Positions 25,997 through 35,004 of a stretch of DNA of 64,000 nucleotides are shown piece after piece. Numbering within the stretch: the stretch's first letter is position 1; each line of letters begins with the position of its first letter. The DNA is from a virus. Its lineage: Duplodnaviria; Caudoviricetes. Where the stretch lies: positions 1 through 64,000 of the IMG/VR virus record IMGVR_UViG_3300027419_000027; one strand, written 5' to 3'. The position numbers and the translations under genes were made by a program. The notes beneath the pieces were generated by a model. That model was given only the letters and a program-made list of their open reading frames with translations. It ran no database searches and was not told where the DNA came from.

Positions 25997-26404
25997 ATGG
26001 CTGGAGCACACAGAAGCCTGAACGATATGTTTCGCGCCTTCGGAACAGGTGGGCCTGGAAGGGTTCCAGATCCTGGCAGTGGTGGAACCATCCAATTTGA
26101 GTTGTGGGGCCAGGTCTGCTCCGTGAACACGACCGGGGGAGGGGCTCGCACGTTAGCACAGCCAAACAGGCCGGGGCTTCTCGCAACAGTGGAGCTTGAT
26201 GTCGACGGTGGCGATATGACTCTCACCGTAACCGGCGGGTACAACCAGCCGGGCCATACCACGATCACGATGGACGATGCCGGCGACTTCGCGACGTTCA
26301 TGTCTGTTGAAATCGGCGGCTCGTATTACTGGCGACAAGTCGGCAAGGAAAGAAAACTGGTCGTTACTTCCAGCACGCCATCCAGTTCGCCTTCGGCGTC
26401 GTAA
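25997..26404 (+). CDS. small structural protein, paralog 2, short Ser-rich tail
   Basis: highly similar to 26461..27021; ends SSTPSSSPSAS. Confidence 0.75.
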   Translation: MAGAHRSLNDMFRAFGTGGPGRVPDPGSGGTIQFELWGQVCSVNTTGGGARTLAQPNRPGLLATVELDVDGGDMTLTVTGGYNQPGHTTITMDDAGDFATFMSVEIGGSYYWRQVGKERKLVVTSSTPSSSPSAS

Positions 26405-26460
26405 GAAGCACTTTATCCTTTCGGGCCAAGGGGCCTTTCACTTTTGCAAGGAGCAGATCA

Positions 26461-27021
26461 ATGTCTGCACACAGAACTCTGAAAGACATGTACCGAGCTT
26501 TCGAGGCAACGGGACCGGGCAGACTTGCCGATCCTGGAGATACCGAGACAATCACGGTAACCATGTATGGGCAAATCTGCTCCGTTGTGACGGCAACGAC
26601 AGAAACCCGCACGTTGGCCCAGCCGGACAGGCCGGGAATTATTGCTACCGTCTGCTTGGCTGAAGACGGTGGCGATCTGACTCTCACCGTTACCGGAGGG
26701 TACAACCAGGACGCCGACACGGTGATGACATTTGCCGACGCTGGCGACTTCGTGACGTTCATCTCGATCGAGGTGGGCACCAGCTACTACTGGCGCGTGT
26801 TTGCTCCAGCAGAGGAATTGGTCATTCCGTCGGCTTCGGCGTCGAACACGCCGTCGTCTTCTGTGTCGAACACTCCGTCGACTTCTCCGTCGGCATCTGT
26901 ATCGAACACGCCGTCTGCTTCGGTATCGAACACGGTGTCGCGTACTCCGTCTGCTTCGGTATCGAACACTCCGTCCGCGTCTATATCGAACACCCCGTCT
27001 ACTTCGCCTTCGGCAACGTAA
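26461..27021 (+). CDS. small structural protein, paralog 3, with mucin-like Ser/Thr/Pro tail
   Basis: C-terminal SASVSNTP-type octapeptide repeats; ends SPSAT. Confidence 0.8.
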   Translation: MSAHRTLKDMYRAFEATGPGRLADPGDTETITVTMYGQICSVVTATTETRTLAQPDRPGIIATVCLAEDGGDLTLTVTGGYNQDADTVMTFADAGDFVTFISIEVGTSYYWRVFAPAEELVIPSASASNTPSSSVSNTPSTSPSASVSNTPSASVSNTVSRTPSASVSNTPSASISNTPSTSPSAT

Positions 27022-27032
27022 GGACGTTTGCT

Positions 27033-27752
27033 ATGTCCGACCTGACAGTTCTCTACCTAACAGCGAATAGGATGCCCCAGCGTTGGGTCGACTTCCATCT
27101 GGAACATCTGTTGGCGGCAGTTGGCGACTATCCGCTAATTACTGTCTCGTCGAAGCGAATGGACCTTGGAGTAGGAGAAACCAACATCATTCAGGATATC
27201 CCCTACGGAGGCTGGAGCACGTTCTGCATGTGGAATCGTGCGGCGAAGTTGGCCGACACGCCATTCGTAGCGATAGCCGAGGATGATTCTCTGTATCCAA
27301 GGGAACACTTTGCGACATTCCGTCCGAAAATGGACGAAGTCGCGTACAACATGGCCCGCTGGACGGTGATGAGTTGGCATGACCGTCCTAGCTTCTCGCT
27401 TATCAGGCGCCTGGGCGGATTCACGATGATCTGTCCGCGAAAACTATTGATCGAAGCGTTGGAAGAACGGGAAGCCAAGTATCCAGACGGACATTACCGA
27501 CCTGGAGAAATCGGCAGACCGGACAGCGATAGGCGAATGCGGGTCACTCCCCGCAAACATGTGGAGTGGTGGTCGAAAACGCCTGTCATAAACCTAGCCC
27601 ATACTGTGGGCGTTTCTCCGACGTACATAGGCGTTCGAGGACATCGACGCAAGGAAGGCGAATTGAAGGCGTTTGACGTACCGTACTGGGGGAAAGCCGC
27701 GGACATAGCGGCAGTATTCAACAGCGGATTGGCGGAAGAAGCGAATGTCTGA
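27033..27752 (+). CDS. glycosyltransferase, GT-A fold (GT2-like)
   Basis: N-terminal TVLYLT strand; FVAIAEDD acidic motif. Confidence 0.7.
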   Translation: MSDLTVLYLTANRMPQRWVDFHLEHLLAAVGDYPLITVSSKRMDLGVGETNIIQDIPYGGWSTFCMWNRAAKLADTPFVAIAEDDSLYPREHFATFRPKMDEVAYNMARWTVMSWHDRPSFSLIRRLGGFTMICPRKLLIEALEEREAKYPDGHYRPGEIGRPDSDRRMRVTPRKHVEWWSKTPVINLAHTVGVSPTYIGVRGHRRKEGELKAFDVPYWGKAADIAAVFNSGLAEEANV

Positions 27753-28362
27753 TTTTCTCGCAATCCTAGAGCAGCATTGCCACTACTACGGACAAACCGA
27801 CAGCCTTCCATTTGGGGTGAGGCCACGGCGCCGGAATCAGCACGGACGTACCATTCTGGCGCGTATCTTACGGGACATGGGATTTCGGGAAGGTGTGGAG
27901 GTAGGCACTGAGCGTGGGACGTCCGCCATGCTCTGGTGCGAAACGAATCCACTTCTGCACTTGACATGCGTTGATCCGTACGGGGTCTATCGCGCAAGGC
28001 AGTCGCAGGAAAAACAGGACGCTGTCTATGCTCTCGCCCAGGAAAACCTGAAGCCGTTCAACGCAACGATTCTTCGGGAACCAAGTTTGGAAGCAGTCAC
28101 GCATTTCGCAGACGGATCGTTGGATTTCGTCCACATTGACGGAAATCACGAGTTCGATGCGTGCATGATGGACATCATCCATTGGGTGCCGAAAGTGCGG
28201 GAGGGCGGCCTAATTCTGATCCATGACTATTGCAACTTCTATCGAGGAGGTGTGGTTCAGGCCGTGGATGCGTATGTGAGTGGACACGCCATCCGGTCAT
28301 GGTTCGTGACGCACGATGCGCCGGCAACTGCTTTCTGGCAGAAAGGCGTGGAGTTGATATGA
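27745..28362 (+). CDS. class I SAM-dependent methyltransferase (Methyltransf_24-like)
   Basis: GVEVGTERG, LDFVHIDGNHEF, DIIHWVPKVREGG.ILIHDY. Confidence 0.9.
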   Translation: MSDFLAILEQHCHYYGQTDSLPFGVRPRRRNQHGRTILARILRDMGFREGVEVGTERGTSAMLWCETNPLLHLTCVDPYGVYRARQSQEKQDAVYALAQENLKPFNATILREPSLEAVTHFADGSLDFVHIDGNHEFDACMMDIIHWVPKVREGGLILIHDYCNFYRGGVVQAVDAYVSGHAIRSWFVTHDAPATAFWQKGVELI

Positions 28363-29177
28363 ACGTCTCCATTTGCATGGCGAGCTTCAACAGAGACCCG
28401 AAGGTTCTCGATGCGGTGCTCAATAGCATTTGTTCGCAGACATGCCACTTTCCGGTCGAAGTGGTCGTTGCAGACGACGGAAGCGAGTTTGGGGCACCGG
28501 ACGTGTGCGGGAACTATCCGGTGGAGTATCGAAGGATCGACAGGGAACCGGCCGTGCGAAACCCGAGCGTGGCACGCAACATTGCCTATCGCCAGGCTTC
28601 CGGCGACATCATTATCGCGCAGTCTGACGATGTGGTCCATGAAGACGGAGCCGTCGCTGAGCTGGTCGAACTGTTGGAGAACAATTCCTCTTCATTCGTT
28701 ATCGCCACAGTCCTTGGGTGCGATAGAAACGGTATTCCGGAAGAGGTGTATACGGGCGAATGGAACGGCCAGTTGAGACATCTTCCGCTGTTTTTCCTTG
28801 GTGCGCTATGGAAAAGCGACCTCTACGCCATCGGAGGAAACGATGAGGAGTTTGCCGTTTGCGGAGGAAATGGAGGGCAGGAAGACAAGTGGTTTGCCAG
28901 GTGTTTGATCGATGGACGTGGATTGTCTCCGGTTTACGCGGAGAACGTAGTTGGCTACCACATGGCGCATGACAGGCCGTCGGAGCGATCTGCCAAGCAC
29001 ACCAACATGAAACTGTATCACCAAAAACTAGAACGAGCGATGAACACTGGTGTGTGGTGTTCCTCGAGCGGGCCTTGGAGGGAATACGATGGGGCGACTT
29101 CGGTTGGCGCCGTTTCGCGGCAGTCACTTGCCTTTGCTGATGCAGGCCGTGGCGAAAACCACCGGTCCGATCCTTGA
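28359..29177 (+). CDS. glycosyltransferase family 2
   Basis: VSICMASFNR, VVVADDGS, IIAQSDD, IGGNDEEF...GQED. Confidence 0.85.
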   Translation: MNVSICMASFNRDPKVLDAVLNSICSQTCHFPVEVVVADDGSEFGAPDVCGNYPVEYRRIDREPAVRNPSVARNIAYRQASGDIIIAQSDDVVHEDGAVAELVELLENNSSSFVIATVLGCDRNGIPEEVYTGEWNGQLRHLPLFFLGALWKSDLYAIGGNDEEFAVCGGNGGQEDKWFARCLIDGRGLSPVYAENVVGYHMAHDRPSERSAKHTNMKLYHQKLERAMNTGVWCSSSGPWREYDGATSVGAVSRQSLAFADAGRGENHRSDP

Positions 29178-29604
29178 ATTGGGTTGTGGTTTGTACTCGA
29201 CCACGCCGCTTCACTGGGCCTGCTTCGTCCCCAAGCGGAAGCTGGTGACGTACGAGAACAACGAAGAATACTTCGACTTCCTGAAAGCGTACGCGACCGA
29301 TTTCCACGAGGTTAATTGCGTTTCCGACTGGGATTCGATTGACATTGCCGGTCCCTGGTCGGTGGCGTTTGTCGATCACGAGCCGTGCCATCCAGGCGAA
29401 CGTGACAGGCGCTTTCGTGAAGTCCAGCGACTCGGACACGCGGAATACGTGGTCGTTCACGATACGGAGCGCAGGAACGAGCAGAGACACCGGATAAGCG
29501 AGATGAATGCTCTGTTCAAATACCGGTTCTGGTTCCGCGATGCACGACCAAACACGACGGTTTTCAGCAACGTCCACGATCTGAACGGTTTTTTGGACCC
29601 ATGA
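29089..29604 (+). CDS. methyltransferase-fold protein
   Basis: GSHLPLL...ILELGCGLYST...VAFVDH...VVVHDT. Confidence 0.7.
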   Translation: MGRLRLAPFRGSHLPLLMQAVAKTTGPILELGCGLYSTTPLHWACFVPKRKLVTYENNEEYFDFLKAYATDFHEVNCVSDWDSIDIAGPWSVAFVDHEPCHPGERDRRFREVQRLGHAEYVVVHDTERRNEQRHRISEMNALFKYRFWFRDARPNTTVFSNVHDLNGFLDP

Positions 29605-30350
29605 TTCAAGTCAGCTTGATTATTCCTGTTCTGAACAGCCATGAGATCGTGCGGAGGCAGATTCTGCATTGGGAGCGGATGAATCTTCCAGATGACGTCG
29701 AGATCATCCTCATGGATGACGGCAGCGCTCCTCCGTTGAAGTTTGACACGAACGTATGCAGGATCGTCCCAACCAACGAAACACGCCCGTGGACAAGTTC
29801 TGTTGCCAGAAACAAGGGAGCGAAGATTTCCACTGGCCGGAATCTTCTGATGGTCGACGTGGACTACATCATCCCCAAGAGCGTCATCATGGAGGTGCGA
29901 GAATTCACCGGCCAGAAGATGCAGTTCTCCCGTGAATTCGGCGTACTGGACGAAAACGGCAACTTCACCCAGGACAAGGACACGCTCCTGGCTTACGGGC
30001 TCCTGCCGGATCGCTACGCGAAGCGAGGAACTCGGGTTCCGTTCCACCCGAACACCTTCGCCATGAACCGGGACGTGTTCTTCGAGATCGGAGGATACGA
30101 CGAAGGTCTTGTGTTCCGCAGGCAGTATCCGCAGGGAGAAGACAATCTATTCAAGCGCCGCTGGTGGCAATGGGAAGCAGCCGGGAAGGGCCAGGTACAC
30201 CAGCATCAGCCGAAAATCTACATGTTTCCCTGTGGCCAGTTCTGCGGTGACGTTGACTACAACCCGCATGGACTGTTTCACGACTTGAGCCGCAAGACAA
30301 GAACCAACGTATTCTGGCACCGTCAATTACGCCGCGAGGTACAGAAATGA
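29601..30350 (+). CDS. glycosyltransferase family 2 with GT7C-like C-terminus
   Basis: VSLIIPVLN, IILMDDGS, LLMVDVD, FFEIGGYDE...GED. Confidence 0.85.
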   Translation: MIQVSLIIPVLNSHEIVRRQILHWERMNLPDDVEIILMDDGSAPPLKFDTNVCRIVPTNETRPWTSSVARNKGAKISTGRNLLMVDVDYIIPKSVIMEVREFTGQKMQFSREFGVLDENGNFTQDKDTLLAYGLLPDRYAKRGTRVPFHPNTFAMNRDVFFEIGGYDEGLVFRRQYPQGEDNLFKRRWWQWEAAGKGQVHQHQPKIYMFPCGQFCGDVDYNPHGLFHDLSRKTRTNVFWHRQLRREVQK

Positions 30351-31591
30351 CGATCTGTCTGGTGCGATGTCCGTCTACGTTTCTGATTGATGAGCGTGCA
30401 TTTCCTCCGCTCGGACTGATGGCTGTAGGCGCCGCACTCAAGCGGGACGGTCACGATGTTGTACTCTACGATGGAGAACTCGAGCAACTTCCATTGGACT
30501 ATGAGTATTACGGATTCGGCCCAACGAGCCCCGAGTATCCTTCGGCGGTGGAATGTTTGACCAGGATCAGATATGCGAATCCAAAAGCCCGAGTTGTGAT
30601 TGGAGGCCCTCACGCCACCCTGGTTCCTTTCGATCCATGGGAAAGTGGATTTGACTGCACGGTCGTTGGAGACGGCGAGAACGTCGCGTCTGAGGCGTTC
30701 TTCGGGACAGAAACCATCATCTACGCAGAGAACTTGCCGCTGGACGAGTACCCGATTCCCGACAGAACATTGGTGGACCTGACAAGCTACCACTTTCGTC
30801 TGCATGATAGGCCGGCCACCACGGTCATGGGGTCTCGCGGGTGCCCTTGGAAATGTGCGTTCTGCTGCAAGAACCATACTGGCGTTCGCTTGAACAGCGC
30901 TGAACGGCTGATCGAAGAGATTGGGATGCTGCATGATGACTTCGGCTACAAGGCAATAGCGTTCCCGGAGGACATCTTCACTCTCAACAAGCAGCGAACG
31001 ATTGAGGTGTGCAGGTTTCTCAAGAGAAAAGGTATCATCTGGCGATGCCTGGTGAGGGCCGATCTGGTCATCAAATACGGAGCGGACTTCCTTGACATGA
31101 TGGTTGATTCCGGATGTATCGGGGTTGGAATGGGAATCGAGTCCGGCTCTGACACGATCCTGAAAAACATCCACAAGTCCGAAACGACAGCTCAGATGCG
31201 GGAGGCCATTACGCTGCTGCGAAGCCGTGGAATCTTCATCAAGGCATTCTTCATCGTCGGCCTGCCTGGCGAGAGTGAGGAGACGTTAGCGGAGACAGAG
31301 CAGTTTCTGCAATGGGCGAAGTTTGACGACATTGACGCGAAGATATTTCACCCGTACCCAGGAAGCCCGATCTACGCCAACAAGGACAAGTACGACATCG
31401 AGTGGGATTCTGTTCCGCTGGAATACGCATTCTACAAAGGGCGTCCCGGTGAGTATTACGGCAATATCCGCACGTCGTCGTTGACCAATCAGCAGATCGT
31501 CGACGCGTGGAAGTATTTCGAGGAAACCTACAAGGATTGGACTTTTGCCATCGAAGGAACGATGGTGGCTGGTGATTCCGATGATCAGTGA
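30347..31591 (+). CDS. B12-binding radical SAM protein (class B methyltransferase-like)
   Basis: N-terminal PPLGL...GGPHAT cobalamin-binding domain; SRGCPWKCAFC (CxxxCxxC); GIESGS. Confidence 0.9.
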   Translation: MTICLVRCPSTFLIDERAFPPLGLMAVGAALKRDGHDVVLYDGELEQLPLDYEYYGFGPTSPEYPSAVECLTRIRYANPKARVVIGGPHATLVPFDPWESGFDCTVVGDGENVASEAFFGTETIIYAENLPLDEYPIPDRTLVDLTSYHFRLHDRPATTVMGSRGCPWKCAFCCKNHTGVRLNSAERLIEEIGMLHDDFGYKAIAFPEDIFTLNKQRTIEVCRFLKRKGIIWRCLVRADLVIKYGADFLDMMVDSGCIGVGMGIESGSDTILKNIHKSETTAQMREAITLLRSRGIFIKAFFIVGLPGESEETLAETEQFLQWAKFDDIDAKIFHPYPGSPIYANKDKYDIEWDSVPLEYAFYKGRPGEYYGNIRTSSLTNQQIVDAWKYFEETYKDWTFAIEGTMVAGDSDDQ

Positions 31592-32219
31592 CTACGTTAT
31601 TTCACGCGACCGGTATCTGCTCATGGCCGACCAGCATCGGCCACTGTGGGCGGCGCTGCATAGGTTCGTCTACTCCAACAAGGTGCAGACGTTGATGGAA
31701 GCGGGATGCGGAGTGGCAGAACTGTCCCATGTGGTGGACGAGTACGTCGGAATTGACGTGAATGTCAGCGTCTTGAAGGAGAACGAACACTTCTACAGCA
31801 AGCGATCAGTCTGGATCAACGACGATTGGCGCAACGTAGACGTAAGGTCCAAGCCTGTCGATATGTTCCTGGCGGCCGGCACGATCGAGCGTTGTGATTC
31901 ATGTGAGACGTTCCTGTCGCATGTTCTGGATATTCCCCGATTGAAATATGCTGTTGTGACGTTTCATAAAGGATTACGACACGAGGCATCGCCACGAACA
32001 GGGCGCGAGGGCTGGTTCAATAACTACATAAGCGAGTCGGAAGTCACGCACTGGTTGGAATCGAACGTGCAAACTCACTGGTGGTTGTGCAATCTGCCAC
32101 ATTCACGGTCGCCACGGTGGAGGAGTAAGCAGTGGGATACTGTACTGGTCGTCGATTGGACAAAACAAGCACAATTGGATATGTGGCAACCTAGGGTAGG
32201 GCATAATGTCACGAGCTAA
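31581..32219 (+). CDS. methyltransferase-fold protein
   Basis: LMEAGCG...YVGIDVN motif I/II; start uncertain. Confidence 0.65.
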   Translation: MISDYVISRDRYLLMADQHRPLWAALHRFVYSNKVQTLMEAGCGVAELSHVVDEYVGIDVNVSVLKENEHFYSKRSVWINDDWRNVDVRSKPVDMFLAAGTIERCDSCETFLSHVLDIPRLKYAVVTFHKGLRHEASPRTGREGWFNNYISESEVTHWLESNVQTHWWLCNLPHSRSPRWRSKQWDTVLVVDWTKQAQLDMWQPRVGHNVTS

Positions 32220-33201
32220 GTTACTGAGTGTCGTTGTTCCAGGCAGGAACGAGCAGTTCATGCGGCATACCGTGGACGATGTTCTCGCACACAGTTGCGA
32301 GGATACAGAGGTCATTGCCGTCTGCGATGGAGCGTGGCCGGATCCGCCACTGCAAGATCATCCGCGACTTCAAGTGCTCCACTTTACCGAGCCTGTAGGT
32401 CAGAGAGCAGCGACCAATGCCGGGGCGAGGTTAAGCAGTGCCAAATACATCATGAAGATGGATGCCCACTGTTCCACGGACGAAGGATTCGATGTCAAGC
32501 TGTTCGCGAAGATGCAACCGGATTGGACGATGATTCCGGCAATGCACAGGCTTCACGTATTCGACTGGGGATGCAGCGGTTGCGGCGAGCGGACGTATCA
32601 GGGGTCGAAACCGGCCAAGTGCGAGGAGTGCGGCGGGGAAGAATTCTACATGCACATGGTCTGGCAACCGCGGTTCCAGTACGACCCGACCGTGACGTGG
32701 TTGTTCGACTCCAGTCTCCACTTTCAGTATTTCAGACAGTACAAGAAGCGGGAGGAATTTAAGGCGCAGGAGCCGACTGGCCTGGCAGATACGATGAGTT
32801 GCATCGGATGTTGTTTCATGATGGACCGAGAGCGTTTCTGGAAACTTGGAGGAATGTCGGAAGAGCACGGAAGTTGGGGGCAGATGGGAACGGAAATCTC
32901 AGGGAAGACATGGCTTTCCGGTGGAAAGATGGTCACGTGTCTCGACACCTGGGTAGCTCACCTGTTTAGAACTGGCAACTTCGGACAGAACGGTGAATCG
33001 TCTTGGCCCTATCCAATTTCACAGAGGGACATTGACAAAGCCCGGCGTGTGTCACGCGACATCTGGTTGAAGAACGCCTGGCCGGGGCAGACGCGGCCTC
33101 TGTCGTGGCTCGTCGATAAGTTCTGGCCCGTGCCGGGGTGGTCAGATGCCGACCTCAGGAAGCTGAAGGAGAGCGAACGTGGTTTCGTTGCAGCGGTGTA
33201 G
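32206..33201 (+). CDS. glycosyltransferase with ppGalNAc-transferase (GT27)-like motifs
   Basis: LSVVVPGRNE, DAHC (DxH), FWKLGG..E....WG....EIS..TW.SGG, VAHLFR. Confidence 0.8.
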   Translation: MSRAKLLSVVVPGRNEQFMRHTVDDVLAHSCEDTEVIAVCDGAWPDPPLQDHPRLQVLHFTEPVGQRAATNAGARLSSAKYIMKMDAHCSTDEGFDVKLFAKMQPDWTMIPAMHRLHVFDWGCSGCGERTYQGSKPAKCEECGGEEFYMHMVWQPRFQYDPTVTWLFDSSLHFQYFRQYKKREEFKAQEPTGLADTMSCIGCCFMMDRERFWKLGGMSEEHGSWGQMGTEISGKTWLSGGKMVTCLDTWVAHLFRTGNFGQNGESSWPYPISQRDIDKARRVSRDIWLKNAWPGQTRPLSWLVDKFWPVPGWSDADLRKLKESERGFVAAV

Positions 33202-33805
33202 TCAGTGTGCGTTCGACAGACCACCCCATGCGAAGGCGCTGGGCGAGGGTTTTTCCGGAGATACCAAGCGTTTCCGCCCAGTCGGGAATGCTTTGGGTGA
33301 CGCCGTTAAATGTCAGCAATCGATTGCGACTGGTGTTGCAGGCCTGCTCTCGTCTGGTGGCCCATCGGCAGTTGTTTTTCGAGTAGCCGAGATCGTTCTT
33401 CACTCTCTCAATCGTGTGCTTAGGCGTAGGTCTTTGCCCCATGTCGCGGTAGAACGTCGCAAACGACTCCCACTCCACACATACGTCAATTCCACGTCCT
33501 CCGTAACGAGCGTAGTTCTTGTCGGCTTGACTTCTGCATCGAGAACGCATCCGCTTCCAGACAATGTACTCTGGGCAGTTGCCCTTGCCGTGCGTTTTGT
33601 TCCGGCATCGGACGCAGGAAGTGCTTCGCCCGAGCCGCAGTTCCTTGCCATCGACAACCGCTTTGGTTCCACAGTCGCAGATGCATGTCCAATAGCGGCG
33701 GGAGTTACGAGGAGCCGCTTCCTGAAGGACTGTCCACTGACTGAAGGAAATGCCAGTCAAGTCTGTGCGGCTGGACAATCTCTGGATAGAATCATGAGAA
33801 GCCAT
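33155..33805 (-). CDS. HNH/AP2-associated homing-endonuclease-like protein inserted antisense
   Basis: WTCICDCG..STSCVRC..HG...EY.VW..M..RC...YGGRGIDVC.EW.SF..FY.DMG.RP...TIERV.ND.GY..NNCRWAT; AAGGAG RBS. Confidence 0.85.
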   Translation of the reverse strand: MASHDSIQRLSSRTDLTGISFSQWTVLQEAAPRNSRRYWTCICDCGTKAVVDGKELRLGRSTSCVRCRNKTHGKGNCPEYIVWKRMRSRCRSQADKNYARYGGRGIDVCVEWESFATFYRDMGQRPTPKHTIERVKNDLGYSKNNCRWATRREQACNTSRNRLLTFNGVTQSIPDWAETLGISGKTLAQRLRMGWSVERTLTTPLQRNHVRSPSAS

Positions 33806-33872
33806 TCGAGTCTCCTTCACAGATTCGGATTGGTTAGAGCAGCCAAGGCGTTCCAGCGCCTCGGCTGCTCGC

Positions 33873-33901
33873 ATTATATCACATGTGGGATGGGGGGTCT
33901 A
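33873..33901 (-). promoter_or_regulatory. promoter of the HNH gene, followed by a leader hairpin (33837-33870)
   Basis: minus strand TAGACC-17 nt-TATAAT with extended TG; hairpin GAGCAGCC...GGCTGCTC. Confidence 0.55.
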
Positions 33902-33905
33902 TTCC

Positions 33906-35000
33906 ATGCCGAGTAGCACACCTTACCAAATAGAATTCCCTCGTCTTGGGGTTGTCAGACGATTTGGTCACAGAGCAACTGCGCAGAGTGGCGAGCACGG
34001 AAGCCCTTACTCAATAAACGTCCGTCTTAAAGATTCTCTCACGGGCAGGCTGCGGGGCGGCTCTTTCACAGCTATTGGACTGCCAGTAAAATCCGACCCT
34101 GTTTACCGCGATCGGGCGATTTCATTTTCAGGCAATATCATAACGGCAGCCAGGCAGGGCAATTCGTCAGACACCGCCCTGAGCACGGATATATCCGATA
34201 CACGTCGCCCGATCATCTTTCCGCTTTCCCTGGCCGGCGTCGTGGGTGGGACTGTCGTGGCGGTAGTTCCGCACAAGGATGCGTACCTACTTTGTTTCAC
34301 CGCAACAGAAATCTGGGTTCTGGCTGGCGATCCAACGACGGGCGGGTTGCGTCGTGTTTCGGACCAAGTTGGAATCGTCGGAGTCAATGCGTGGTGCGTT
34401 GCCCACGATACTGTTTACTTCCTATCGCAGTACGGACTGTACGCCGTTGGAGCGGACGGAAGCGGCCTGAAGCCGCTTTCTGAAGACCGAGTGCCTGAAG
34501 AACTCACCGATACGATTGATACCACGGCGATTCTGGACTACTACCATCTCGACCGAGGCGTCTACATTCACCTGACGAAAGCTCCGTCGTGGTTTTATGA
34601 CACCGAGCATGGCGGCTTTTGGCCATTTGGGGGAAGCACACAGCAAAGCCACCTCCTGCTGGGTCCGTTCCACGTCGGGGAAGAGAATTCCTACGGTCGG
34701 ATTCAAAACCTGCAAGGGAACATGGCTGCCGGAAGCGATGATGTCACTTGGCGGATCGTCACCGGGCTCACTGCGGAAGAGGCTGCGGCAAACGGGAAAG
34801 CCGCTATTGCGGCGGCTGTGGCAGGCAACAGCTATTCAAGCTACGTCGCGGCAAGCGGAACCTGGAGTGCGGGCAGGTCGCACATGTCCTATCCCAGAAC
34901 CCGTGCGATCTGGTGCTGTTTCTGGTTATCTGTCGAGTCTGGCGACTGGGCATACGAAGCTATGGCCATGACTCGTATGCCATCTGGTAAGTGGAGATGA
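33906..35000 (+). CDS. tail/nozzle-like beta-rich structural protein
   Basis: VGIVG..AW...D.VYFLS..GLY propeller-like pattern; position after the head genes. Confidence 0.6.
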   Translation: MPSSTPYQIEFPRLGVVRRFGHRATAQSGEHGSPYSINVRLKDSLTGRLRGGSFTAIGLPVKSDPVYRDRAISFSGNIITAARQGNSSDTALSTDISDTRRPIIFPLSLAGVVGGTVVAVVPHKDAYLLCFTATEIWVLAGDPTTGGLRRVSDQVGIVGVNAWCVAHDTVYFLSQYGLYAVGADGSGLKPLSEDRVPEELTDTIDTTAILDYYHLDRGVYIHLTKAPSWFYDTEHGGFWPFGGSTQQSHLLLGPFHVGEENSYGRIQNLQGNMAAGSDDVTWRIVTGLTAEEAAANGKAAIAAAVAGNSYSSYVAASGTWSAGRSHMSYPRTRAIWCCFWLSVESGDWAYEAMAMTRMPSGKWR

Positions 35001-35004
35001 AACG

